Below, in pieces: positions 25,381-37,879 of a stretch of 64,000 bases of DNA. The stretch covers positions 124,001-188,000 of the forward strand of contig RDEW01000033.1 of assembly GCA_011109175.1 (NCBI GenBank). The letters are read 5' to 3'. Made by a program: the position numbers and the translations under genes. The notes below the pieces were generated by a model. The model did not search any database. It was not told the DNA's origin and saw only the letters and a program-made list of their open reading frames with translations. Source of the stretch: Dicyema japonicum. Its lineage: Eukaryota; Animalia; Dicyemida. The first letter of the stretch is position 1. Each line of letters starts with the position of its first letter.

Positions 25381-25619
25381 ACGTCTGTGATTAGAGATAG
25401 GTGATTCCCCAACATGTTCGTGAATCGGATTCCATCCACAGTTTTGTCTAGAGATTTATCTTTATTTTTCTAATCCACGGTATAGTGCTTTAAGCAATTC
25501 CATGTGCACAGCAATAACAAGTTAAATGTTTTAGTGTAAAAAACAGAAATTTCAAAGACAGTAATGTGGAAAACTATATGATTATGAATATCACAAATAG
25601 TTGACATTTGATTTAATAA

Positions 25620-25760
25620 TAAGAGAGAAGAAGGATTCATTTCTCTCCAGTATCGGACGAAGGCTTGCTTCTAAGAGATGCGAGCCTCGTGAAGGACTTT
25701 TGTTGAGACAGAGGCTCGAAATTGGGGTGAACAATGGGAGCGCCTTCACAATCCTGGCTT
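25620..25760 (-). mobile_element. Gypsy-like integrase C-terminal stub
   Basis: About 80 bp near-identical to 55130-55200. Confidence 0.5.
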
Positions 25761-26036
25761 CAACTAAAAATCTTTACATGTTTTTATGTTTCTTTATCAA
25801 AAATTAAAAATGTTTAAGTGCTATATTTTGTGGTTTATAATGCTATTTTAAGTGATATGTTTTAAATTTTAACTGCTATAAAAATTGCTCTAGTTATGAC
25901 GTTGATGCGTGAATCAGACATAAAGTACAAGAGGAGTATCACCTCAACCAAAAAGTATGATACAAAAATATAAAAAACACATAATATTGAATTTGAAAAT
26001 AAAAGTAAAATAATAAATAATAATATATTTATTAAA

Positions 26037-26397
26037 ATGAAATTTGGTCAAATGTGGTTTTACAGATTAAAGAAATCAATTCAATCAGAGAGAACCATAA
26101 TAGAATTTGAAGGAAACAAGGAATTTTCATTTTTAAAAGTGAATTCTAAAAGTATAGAAAACCGAAAAAGTATAAATGAGAATTATGAAAAAATAAGAAA
26201 GCAAATAAAAGTAGAATCACGTAAATTGTCAACCAAACATAAAGACAACTATTCTGATGGTTTAATATCTTATAATTAAAGTCCCTTTAAATTATGAATT
26301 TGTTGACCCAATGTTGCATCCTCCTCCTGAGTTTAGAGCTGAAATGTCTAAAATGTTTTTACTTGAAAAGTTAACAATTAAAAGAGAGAAAAATTAA
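26037..26397 (+). CDS. Small hypothetical protein with one 22-nt intron (26260-26281)
   Basis: Removing GTTTAATATCTTATAATTAAAG joins the ORF to VPLNYEFVDPMLHPPPEFRAEMSKMFLLEKLTIKREKN-stop. Confidence 0.65.
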
Positions 26398-26512
26398 AAT
26401 TATATTTTTTGTGTTAAATGAGATTATATTTTTATTATGTCGTGATTTATTGTCGTCATGATCGATTACCAAAAATATCTTAACCATTGTTAATAAAACA
26501 CCAAAAGTCAAA

Positions 26513-27183
26513 CTAACCAGTATTATTCAATAATTTATTAATATCCTCCTCCAATTCCTACAAATACACAATCATATCACCAATGGACTGCACGTGGGAG
26601 AATATCTACCAATTGGATTACCATTTGAATCAATCAAAAACTTTGTGAAATTCCATTTGATGGCACTAATATTAATAATATTTATTCACTTAAAAATAGT
26701 TCCAGGTAATTTTGTTTTAAGGAATGAAAAGAGGGGGGTAGTACTATCACCATTCACATTTACTTTAGAAAAGATTACGTAATAAGTAGACTCTCCAAGT
26801 TTGGATGCAATAAAACTCTTAGTTTCCTCAATGTTTGAAAATTCCTTTAATAACTGAAATGTTTAACCTGATTAAGAAAATTTCCACTTGGAAATAACAA
26901 AATTTTAAAGTTTTTATCTCCAAATTTATCCCCAAGCATTTTAAGTCCATTAAATTGTTTATCAGCTAGTCCACATTTACATGCAACATTAACAACAAGA
27001 CACACATTGTCTCTTAGTTTAATTATAGTTTATACTTGAATTTAGACATTGATATTTCTTCACTGTCAATTGTGGTACCACTGAATTCATAAAACTGTGA
27101 CATTCCTACTAAATTTATTATTATTAATTTAAACTGCAAATTGCAACAGATGTTAGTGACACAAAACTCACTATTGATTTCAT
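26513..27183 (-). CDS. Glutathione peroxidase, GPx4/PHGPx-like, Cys type
   Basis: [25 protein letters not shown] and [22 protein letters not shown] are joined across short introns; hydrophobic N-terminus. Confidence 0.9.
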
Positions 27184-27259
27184 TTAATATTTAATTAATA
27201 TTTATTTTAATCTTAATAATAACTAATTCCTGTTTGTTATCATAATTACGTAGAATTTC

Positions 27260-27526
27260 AATCAAAGTTGTCAGCCATCCAAGGGCCGGCCTATTTTCAG
27301 TGGATGGCCAAATCCCTCGAGGAACAGAGGAAGATCCTAAGGGCAACCAAAAGCCCAGAAAATCTTCTGTATGAAACACTCTCAATATACATCAAGCGGA
27401 AACCGTGTTAAATGAGGAGGGCTACAGAGGACGGACTCGACGACTTGCTTGTCGGTTTAGGATCATTAGTTAGTTGAAAACTTTTTCCTTTCCTTTAGCC
27501 CAGTGATCATGGGGTAATAAAATAAA
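27260..27526 (+). mobile_element. Jockey-like LINE 3' stub with terminal stem-loop
   Basis: GGATCATT...AGTGATCATGGGGTAATAAAATAAA; similar to the 62220-62290 end. Confidence 0.7.
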
Positions 27527-27579
27527 TTGTTGGTAGTCACCCTCCTTCTCTTAGAGAGGATTTTGCGGCCAATTCCCAC

Positions 27580-28130
27580 ATCAGTGTCAATTATTTTACC
27601 TATGTTAGCATTCATTGGAATATCCTCACGATAAAAACATTCAAGCTCTAGCTGGTCGGAAGCAGTGGTAAACTCTATCGAAGACCTTCATCTTTTGCTT
27701 GTGTTCAATTACCACACATTCGAAACTCCTTTTCAACACAACGGATGTCCTCGTTGTCCTTCAATAGATTGCTTATATATAATTCTTTAAACATTTCGCG
27801 ACAACCAACAAGATAATCTTTAGTTATAAAAAAAATTCTCAAGTTATGATGTCGTTTGAGGAGATCTTGTAAAGAAATATCCACTTCAATTTTATATTGT
27901 CATGCACAATCAAATATGTTGAATTCAACCTTTGTTTCAGTCAAAATCGACGTATTAACTCGTATTCCAACATTATAATACATTCTGTAGAGATGTAAGT
28001 ATTACTTGTGTCTTCTGACATAATTATTGTCACACTGAGTGGTCATCTTGTTTTTTTACAATGATTGCATAACGATCCCATCCTCGAGAAAACAAATCCC
28101 TATTTTGCAATAAACATAATAAATCCTCAC
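27580..28130 (-). mobile_element. RLE-type LINE 3' remnant
   Basis: RSEDLLCLLQNRDLF and SILTETKV match the 19364 ORF. Confidence 0.7.
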
Positions 28131-28539
28131 TCCTGCTAGTTCTATGTTCTAGCCACCCACTGGAGGTGTCCACATGTTCTTCCGCATGTTAATGATCACG
28201 TAACGATTTTCAATTTATATTGTGGATGGCCTTGAGGGAATCATATTCGCCTTGTCAGTATTAGAGGTAAGAAATCCTGCTATTATAGGCAAGTGTATTT
28301 AATAACTAGCAGAATCCCTTATTGTGGCAAACAAACAGCAGTTTAGACCTCATAGTAGTAAGCAGTTGACGTATTTAACAATAATCAAATTTAAATGGTT
28401 ATATATTAAACCAATTTAATAAAACACGAAACAAATTTACTGAATTCAGTTTTGTCCTCGAAAGCATCTTAACATTCTCAAAAACAAAATCTATAACTCT
28501 TATTCCTTCATCAATCTTCAATTACACCCAAATAAAAAT

Positions 28540-30560
28540 ATTCATTGACTCCTTACAAATTCTCACAACATAATTTAACACTGGAAGCAGATTTTTCAGA
28601 ATTCATCTTCAACTTCTCTCTGGTTAACATACTCCCTGATTCTATCTTCAGAAATATAAGATTTTAGAGATATGTCCTTCACAATTACGTCATCCTCATA
28701 AATAAGAAGACTAGTATTAATATTCCTCGGACGTGGAAAACTTGCCATGAATATATTAAACAAATTAGGGCACTGAACCTTGTGGAACTCCTCTGTTGCA
28801 TCAGATATATTTTCACAAAAGATTGTCTTTCCTGAAGATAATTTCTTATCCAAACAAATAGGTATTTTGGAACAAATGCTGATACAAGCTGCTTTAACAA
28901 CGCTTCATAGCAACTGCTCTAGAACCAGAAAGTCATTCTCCTCTATATATCTGCTTAGCTTTTTGAAAATCCTTTCAATCACTTTCGCGAACGAACATAT
29001 TAAGATAATTGACCTGTAGCTTGCCAGATCCCTTTTCGGCTTCCCTAGTTTTGGAGTCATCCTCACTACAGCTTCCATATTAAAGGGAGGTGGCCAAGTC
29101 GTAAACATTCATCATATAGACATCGCAGATAGTCAAATAAAATATCCGGACCCTCCTTGATAAGTTTCATTGATATGTGGTCATATCCTGGAGCATAGAC
29201 TTTGCATTTCCTGATAGCTGTCATCACTTCCAATACGCTGACATCGCCAATAAGCAGTTCCGTCTTAGTATTTCAATATATCGGAAGACACCTTCTTTTT
29301 GTCATCAGGGATCAAACTCCACGGATCCACACCCCGATTTTTTGGAGCTGATCCCTGAATATCGAAGGTGTTTCCTCCGTTATGCACACTCCCCCGTCTG
29401 ATTTGTTTAATATAATTTTTTCTGCCCTCGACTTCGGAAACATTATCTTCAGATACATTTCCATAAGAGGGATTTATATATATTTTCGCAGTCTCACCCT
29501 TCCATATACGGTCAGTTTCATCCATCCATATACTGCTGATTGCCTCCTTCATCATTATGATTCTGCCAGATAAGATTTCCCCGTCTATTTTGTCGACACA
29601 ACGCCTCAGCTTTGCCCTTTGGCGATTCCTCTCACGAATTAACCTCCTGATAATAGGCAAAACAAAATAATAAGTATTTTTTGAGAATACCCTTCTTGCA
29701 TAGAGATTAAAATATGACTCCATGAGATTCGTGACTTCTCGACTTGCAGTATTAATATCTTCTTTTGTTGAAAACTCTTTCGGTATAACACTAATTATTA
29801 GACATGAAAACCCTATAGTGGGTCCAATTGAAATATGTTTAACTTCAAGAAAACATCTTCCATACTATCAGGCCTCATACTAATAACCAATTCTTGTGTA
29901 ATATGGTCGCTCCCGATACACCTCAGAGTTTTTGGCTTTTTCATATAGACAGATAGAGCTGGCGATACTAGGAATACGCCGAGTTTCGTCCCTACATGAT
30001 AAAAAAATGATTTGGGTCATCCGACGTAAGGATCACAAAGATGAATCAGACAATAATTATAAACGCCGTCCATCCTGATTTGTCTTGCAACAATTATAAC
30101 TAGTATTCTTAGAATTAAGATCGCCAATTAATATGGTTTAGGCATTCTTGTTGTAGAACTCGAGATATCTGTAGAACAAGTCTTAAGATTCTTGGAGTAT
30201 AAACCTCCAACACTAATGCCTGATCCCTAAGGAAAAGGCATTCACTAGCACTATTTTTAGTCCTTGCTTCAAACATTTGTGTGACCTTGCTTCTTCAATT
30301 CCAGGGTCACCATCTCCATTAAATCAACCTGTGCAATCGAACACCGATAGTTTAGTCGTGACATAATCTCCGATATTTACGTGTATACCGTCTCTGATAG
30401 ATTGGCGTGACTTCATTCAATTTTCGAAGAATTTTAGGTGCCGTCTTTGACGTAACTGTCTGCTGTCCACGTTCTCCCAATATCGCCTATTATCGCTTGT
30501 CCATCGCACGTGAAGAAATGGAAAGCAAGATCTTCCTAAGGAAGTATAAATTGTTTCTTT
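28540..30560 (-). mobile_element. Jockey-like LINE fragment (APE to RT N-terminus), same family as 720-4560
   Basis: GSDHI, RAKLRRCVD (cf. RTKLRRCVD) and PKLGKPKRDLASYRSIILICSFAKVIER. Confidence 0.8.
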
Positions 30561-30887
30561 GTTGTGTTTGTCATTGAATGATTTCTTTTGTTAGTATTTT
30601 GTAATGGATTAATTCTGTGTAATTTCCTAGCTTAGCGGATGTTTTTGTTATAATTCCAATGGTTACAATAACATTAGTGTTACTGTGGTAATTTATTATG
30701 AATATTAAATTAAACAAAAATCATTTTTGTATTTCCGAATTCTTTCAAAAGTAAACCAGTGGTATAGTTGTAAAGTAACAACCAAGAGTGGTCACACATA
30801 GTATTTTAATTATTAATTTTAATAGAAATTAATAAGTCAATATTTAAAATAATATATAAATAATTTAAAATATTATTTCAATATAAG

Positions 30888-33484
30888 ATGCATATCGATA
30901 ATCTTTATTTCAACGTTCCAGATGAAAATTGTAGTTTTGTATGAATATTCATAGTTAATGATTGTTTGAACAAACTAAAAAAGGTGTTGACATACATTTA
31001 ATAAAGAAAAGAAAGTTTTATGAGAGATCAATGTATCTGATGAGTGAAGAAACACTAGAGATAAGAGAAAAGCTGACTTCAAACAGAAAACCGAGTAGTA
31101 CTAGTAATATATGAGATAGAAATAATTCCAATATCCTCTATTTTGAGGATCCACAAGACTTCCGAGTCTGATAAAGCAAATAAACTATTAAGAAAATCAA
31201 ATATAAACGTATATTAAGTGTATAATCTAAGACAAATGAAATATTGTCTTTAATTTTCAAGGATGGAACATCAATAAACTTTTCAGTGAAGGGGAATATT
31301 ATGAATGAAGTAATGGGATCACTACAATATCTTCTGAAAGAACATATGAAAATGGAAAAGAATTATAATAACAAATTGTAGTAATATTGAGTAACCAAGA
31401 TTGATTGAACAAACCTTCAAGTCAGCTGACAAAGACAATGACGGAAAACTCTCAATGAAGGAAATAGTAAAATTACTGAAAGAACTCAATCTTAAAATCA
31501 ACAATCAAGTCGTTTATAGACTATTTGAGGCAATAATTGATTTATGATATTAGGATGCTCAAATGGATGAACTTATTGATTTTATGAATGAGGAAGAGTT
31601 CGCTTTATTCTACAATCGTCTCAATGACAGGAAGGAGATCAGATATTATTTTGACCAATACGCAAAAACGCACGGGGACGAAAATATCATGTCAACCGCT
31701 GATTTGCAGGAATTTTTAAGAATATCTCAAGGTGAGGATAGACCGATCGAATATTGTGCTAATCTCATCAAAATTTTCTCTAATAGTCCCAATTCTGATT
31801 TTCTCACCATTTTCGGTTTCGTTTGGATTTATAAAGATTTCATAAGTTTACTAACAAGTGGTCTCAATGTTTTAAACAAAAATCCCCAAAACGAGAACAT
31901 GGACCGTCCTCTCAATGACTACTTCATATCAACGTCACATAATACGTTTGATGGTGGCACTATTATAGATATTTAATGGATCATCAACTTCACGGTCGAT
32001 CTAGTGTTGACGGATATAGAAGATGTTTGTTATCTGGCTGTAGATGTGTTGAATGTAATATATTTTGAATATTATAGTGGATTGTTATGATGGAGTTAGA
32101 GGACCTCAAATAACTCATGGATTTACACTCACTAGTCGTGTTTCACTCCAAAATGTTGTAGAAACTATAAATGAGTTTGCTTTTGTTACTTCTCCGTATG
32201 TCTACTTTATATAATAAAGTTATCCAGTCATTCTTTCATTGGAGAATCATTGCTCAGTTAAGGGACAAAATCAAATGACTAATATTTTCAAGAATGTCTT
32301 TGGAGGTATGTAGTTTGTTCAGTCAAGATCGAATATTTGTGCCTGATCCCCAATCTTTCCAATTACCTTCTCCAAACCAACTCAAATATAAATTTATAAT
32401 AAAGGTAATCCTTCTCAGTCAACTAAAGAACAAAAAAGTCTGTAAATCAAATTCAACAGAAACAGACGATACTGATTCGGTGACTCAAGTTGATTATTAT
32501 TTAGGACAAATCTGTTAGCCAGAAGAGAAACCGTGCTTGTATGCGAGATAAAAGGAACAAGGGGGTTACTATATTAAATTACTTAGAATTCTGAAAAACT
32601 ATCAAAATTGGTAGGTCTTAAGACAATGCCATATTATGGATTGGATATAATTTGTAGGATTTACTTTTATTAAAGGCAATCAAACCTCAATTTGTTCACT
32701 CTCTGAAAGTAAGGCTAAAAAGTTAATGTCTGAATATAACGATGATTTTGTAAAATTTTGTCAGTCGGTTATGGTCAAAGTCTACCCAAAGGGATCACGC
32801 ACAGTTAATAGTTCAAACCTCGATCCAATCCCATTCTGGAGTACTGGGATTAATGTAGGTTAATGATTTAATAAACAAAAGTTGCCATAAATTATCAATA
32901 TTTGGATGAACCAAGTCAAATAAACCATACCATGTTTTCGGGGACTGGAGGTTACGTATTGAAACCAAGCTATTTGCGTGATATCGGTATTCCATCATTT
33001 TAGTATAGAATGCAAACCTCTACCCACAAATAATAAAGTTTTAATAACAGTTTTATAAATTTGTGAGTTTATAGATTTTAAGTGGTTTTGGTATTCCCAA
33101 TTGTGAAGGAAAACAAAACGACATTGTTGACCCTTTCATAGTGGTTAATATAATGGGGAGTGAGGCTACTCCCCAAGAATGGAGTACTGATTGGATTCAT
33201 AATAATGGTGACTTATTCATTGTAAATTCAGGATTCAATCCTTGTTGGAATGAAGAATGTGAATTTACAATAAATAATTTGGAGACTGCATTTGTAAAGT
33301 TTTCAGTGATGGACTATAACAAGTTTGGTAGTAATTTTGTGGCATATCAGATATTCAAACTGATGCGGATCAAAAAGGGTGACTTTGGTTATAATGCTAA
33401 GGAATAAGATCTGTTCATACCATTGACAAAAATGGAAATAAAATTGAAAGAGCTTGCTTATTAGTAAAAATAGAAATTAAATAA
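30888..33484 (+). CDS. Phosphoinositide phospholipase C, delta-like (PH-EF-X-Y-C2), many short introns
   Basis: EF hand ADKDNDGKLSMKE; X box PLNDYFISTSHNTYL, GCRCVELDCYDG and FVTSPYPVILSLENHCS; Y box VKVYPKGSR...SSNLDP; C2 domain GFNPCWNEECEF. Confidence 0.93.
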
Positions 33485-33513
33485 TAATTTACTAATATTT
33501 AAAATAATAATAA

Positions 33514-34215
33514 ATGTCAAGACGCACAACACCTAAATTATGGGAGTTTTTATTAGTTATTCTTAAAAATGATAAATACGAAAGCATAATCAAGTGGAGA
33601 GGGGACAGACAGTTTGTGTTTCAGGATGCTGAAGCTGTCGCTATGCTTTGGGGAAAACAGAAAAATAAAAAACATATGAACTACAAAAAACTAAGCCGAT
33701 CTTTAAGACACTACTACAAGAAAAGGATTATGAATAAGGTCACTGGATTGAATTATGTTTATGAATTCCATCCCAGTTTGAATTTGAATATAAACATTAA
33801 CCGATTTGCTAATTTAAAAGGCAGTGGTGATTCTTCTGTCCCAACAAACTCTGAAAATGTGGTGAGAGAACCGAAAGTGGTTCACAAGGCACACCAAATA
33901 CATCCAAAAAGTCAACAAAATCGTCAATCTCAAATGAAGATTAACTTTGGTCAAAATTTAGAAAAAATCAGAAATTTGGAAAACAGAGATAGTAATTTGA
34001 ATAATATATTAATCCTACCTTGGTGTCCTTCCTTTCCTTATTTAGATTTCCCATACTCAATGTCTCCATTCACACCAAGTCCGTTGTTGTTGTCTTCAGT
34101 ATTTCGATTTGAACCAAAACCACAGAAGGAATCCAATGAAACAGAATTGTCAAAGAACACAATTCAATCAACTCAGTCACCCAATAATAATTTTCCTTTA
34201 TTTAGTAAGGATTAA
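33514..34215 (+). CDS. ETS-domain transcription factor (N-terminal ETS domain, PEA3-like C-terminal half), intronless
   Basis: KLWEFLL...IIKW...AVAMLWGKQKNKKHMNYKKLSRSLRHYYKKRIMNKVTGLNYVYEF. Confidence 0.95.
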   Translation: MSRRTTPKLWEFLLVILKNDKYESIIKWRGDRQFVFQDAEAVAMLWGKQKNKKHMNYKKLSRSLRHYYKKRIMNKVTGLNYVYEFHPSLNLNININRFANLKGSGDSSVPTNSENVVREPKVVHKAHQIHPKSQQNRQSQMKINFGQNLEKIRNLENRDSNLNNILILPWCPSFPYLDFPYSMSPFTPSPLLLSSVFRFEPKPQKESNETELSKNTIQSTQSPNNNFPLFSKD

Positions 34216-34429
34216 TTAACATTTTTGTGGTTAAATGCTGTACACATTATGTGGTATTCTAAATTATTATTTTTATTATAATCAGGAAGATAGAAAGGTT
34301 GGGGCTCTTTAATACTCCATTACTTCATTCTGTGCATCTAATAGGTCATTGGATTAATTAACATGTAATCTCAAGGTCTCCTTGTTGGTGGACTATTAAC
34401 TTTGGATACACGGAGTGGTAACATTTAAC

Positions 34430-34600
34430 AAATAATAATTCTGCCCGGATACAGAGTCTTTCCAATGTCACACAAGTCTACACGAACCAGCATAAAGGTG
34501 GAAGACGTCCATTCCTTGCAGTTGTGGGAACCCCTCATTTACACTGGGGGCTACTCTATCAAAAAAGAAAAAGAGGAACAGAAGAAACAAAAAAATCTTA
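34430..34600 (-). mobile_element. SINE family B, diverged copy lacking the pseudoknot core
   Basis: Minus strand GGTTCCCACAACTGCA..AATGGACGTCTT...TGTATCCGGG. Confidence 0.7.
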
Positions 34601-36996
34601 ATAATAAACCTGATTGAGCCATAGATTCTTCAGTTTATATAACGCGTCATTGGCTAGAGTTTTCCTACGTAAAATATCTTCGCTACCTCCCATAAGTGAA
34701 CCGAGTTTCTCTACTTGTCGCCACTTCTCTTCTAGGACGTTACTCATCCTTCTTATCTCTGAGTTTGTTTTCTCTTGTTCACAGTAAGAAATCATTTTCC
34801 TAGTACATCTGGTGGTTTTTCTAATAAGTGTTCCAGGACCTCTTCCAAATAAATTGTGAATAGTAGAGGAGAAAGGGAGTCCCCTTATGGAGTGCCCGTG
34901 TTTGTTTCAAATTTTCTTGAATAGGTTTTTCCGACTCTCACAAGGAGCTCAGTGTTGAAAGTAGAATTCGGTCATCCTTAGACTCGACTCATCGAGAAAT
35001 CCGCTCAGTACCCCCATTAACTTGTTCCTGTTAACCGTATCAAAAGCTCTTGATAGGTCAATTCCCAGAATATTGGTGGCGTTACGGTATTTTCGATATG
35101 TTGCACACATCCATCTGTGATTCCAGATCGCATCAACTGTGGATTTCCCTTCTCGAAAACCACTTTGACTATCTGGTAGGTATATGTAAGCAGATCCTTT
35201 TATTTGTTTGAGCACAATGTTTGCTAAGACTTTGCGTAATGAATTTAGTAGTATGATGGGTCGCAAATTTTCGAGCAGTCTTCTGTTTTGTTGATTTTTT
35301 GTATGGGGATTAGTAGTCCCGTAGAGGTAGAGTACAGTTGAAAACATTTCATTTAGTAGTGTAGCGATTTTTTCAAAAAGGAGGTCAGGGCCGTATTTCA
35401 GTAGTTCTGGGTTTTATCTGGTCCGGGGCTTCTGTTATTCTTGAGTTTTCGGCAGGCCGTTTTGATTTCCTCGGCCGTGATTGGTATCTTCAAGGGGTCT
35501 TGGCCTTCCATCAAATGGATTTCTATGGTTTTGATGTTGAAAAGCTTCTCAAAGTGAGCCGCGATGGCTTCAGTTTGTTCTTTGGTGTTCAGTATCAGCT
35601 TACCGTTCTCGTCTTTTATGGTTAGTCGACTTCGGTTTGTTCGCCGCAGCAAACGGGCAGCGACGTACACCTGTGCGTTGTCTTTCACTTTGTTTACTTC
35701 TTCTATACAGGAGCTATTTCTTCTATGAAAAGCTTCTTGTTCAGACCCTTTATTTTTCTTCTGACACGTTGCTTTCGCCTTGAAGGGCTTTTATCGCATT
35801 AGTGTCAGTGGCATTTGATTTTCTCATATTTATTTCTTTTAGACTTTTCGCAAGCTCAGGAACATCTGGATGAATAGCCTTCAGGTGCATTTTACTATTC
35901 TCCCTTTTGCCAAGACATGCTTCAGCAGCTTCGTTGATGGTGTCCTTTGTGCGTTTCCAGGCGTCTTCTAGCGTGGTATCCACCAATACGTCCTGCATTA
36001 GTCTGAATGTATTGTTGATATCTCTCAGTAGTCTCCGGTTGAGAAATCAGCCTTTCAGTCGCGTAGTCGCCTCTGATTTTCTCAAATTCGTGATTTTTGC
36101 ATTCTGTATTTGATGGCATGTTTTTTCAGGGTGAAGGTCGCAATAACCATCTTGTGGTCGCTGACAGTCGTCGAGCCTTCATATGAACGTGCGTTTACTA
36201 GAAGGTGTTTGTCTTTAGCCCGGCATATGACATAATCGATTTGGTTGTATATTGGGACCAGCTTTCCCTCTGAGTTCCTTCGCTTCCCCATCCACGTAGT
36301 TTTGTGGCAGGCAGGATGCGTAAATGCAGTATTGCATAGGAAAAGGTTGTTTGCCATACAAAAGTGACCAAGTATTGTCCCGGGTAAATTTCTTATTCCA
36401 CGTCCATGTTCTCCCAAGAAAACATCATCCGGGTTATTCTTCATCCCGACTTTTGCATTCAAATCCCAGCAATGAGTATTAGTGATGACGACTCATATTC
36501 GTTGTACGTCCGTAACAGTGTTGAATAGAAGTCGTCTAGTTCTGTCGGATCTTTCGCTACTCTCCCGCAGTGTGGCGCATAAACATTTACAATTGTCAGA
36601 AAGCTCTTCGAAGGAGGTAAGTCGTTTAGCCGGATTTGTATAACACAGATCCTGTCATTCACACTTCATATACGGTGGACTGCACTTGTCAACTTTGAGT
36701 GGATGGCAAATCCAAGTCCATAATATTTTGAGTCGCTCGGTTGACATATAATTCGATATTCGTCATAGTTCTCATCAAGGCTACAAATAACTTTCGTCTC
36801 TTGTAGGCACCCAATAGATACGTCGTATCTCTCCAGGTCGTCACAGAGAATCTTCCTCGACCAGGTCGTAGATAAGCCTCTAGCATTAAACGTAAGGAGC
36901 TTTAGACGAGATGCATCCCTTTGCACCCCTTGCTTTTTAGACATTTTTCTCAACTGTAATCCAATAAAGAAACGAGGCACGTCACCACCTCACCAA
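34598..36996 (-). mobile_element. RTE-like LINE (5' UTR, APE, RT), frameshifted, C-terminus missing
   Basis: LLTFNARGL, CLQETK, NVYAPH, DMNAKVG, NQIDYV, VSDHKMV, NNRSPGPD, LRPIILLN, QSGFREGKST and GIDLSRAFDTV. Confidence 0.93.
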
Positions 36997-37299
36997 AAAA
37001 ACATCAGTAGTTGTTATTAAACCATTTATTTTTGAGATTCTAACTAGTAATTAAATAAGAGATATTTGGAATATTCGGTTGGAAAATCGGTCTTTCAAAA
37101 CATGATTGGTTAAACTCAGAGTTATCAACTTGCACTTTTCTGTTTCCTCTTCACTCATATGAATCCCCACATAATCACCAAGATATAATTTCAAATAGAC
37201 ATGAACTTATCCTATTTACTAAATTTGTGGGCTTAACAAACATAATCTCTTCAACATAACAGATTGAATCCCCTTATTGTAGATCAATTGAAGTATCTC

Positions 37300-37750
37300 C
37301 CATATATGTAGGATTTGGAAATATGGTATTAATGGGAATGAATTTGACTAGAACCAGCTCTCGAATTTATGCGATTTCTCTATTTCAATAGTAATTCTTT
37401 AGTTGTAATTTCAACTCACAATCTCATTTTATTGTAATCAAAAAGTTTATTTTATTGAACCTTCGTCTCTTTTATTACCGAATTTCAACTCTGAGTTTTA
37501 GAGTTGACAGATTGTATCTTCAGCCTCTTTATTTTTTTATGTTACAGTGCAAATCTTACTAATGTAATCTCTTAAACATTCTACTTTGGCTATATGATCC
37601 ATTGACCTTTTACCCTTCTTGCAGTGACTGCACCTCAATTCTTTAAATAGGTTTATGCCTTAAGGACACAATATTAGTTATTTCCACTAACCATTCACTC
37701 TGAGAGTAAAACAACCTCAATACTTTATTAAAATTAGACTTAGTATATAG
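37300..37750 (-). mobile_element. RLE-type LINE remnant, old
   Basis: RCSHCKKGKRSMDHIA zinc knuckle followed by a decayed endonuclease region. Confidence 0.55.
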
Positions 37751-37879
37751 CCTTGTCATTAACGAATGTAATAAGATCACTGTGTGTTTTATATATATTT
37801 TCGATTTTCTACTGCTTTACTTATCCTCTACATTTGCCGTAAGAAATTTTGCTTCAATTACTACATAAGTAAAATCCTT

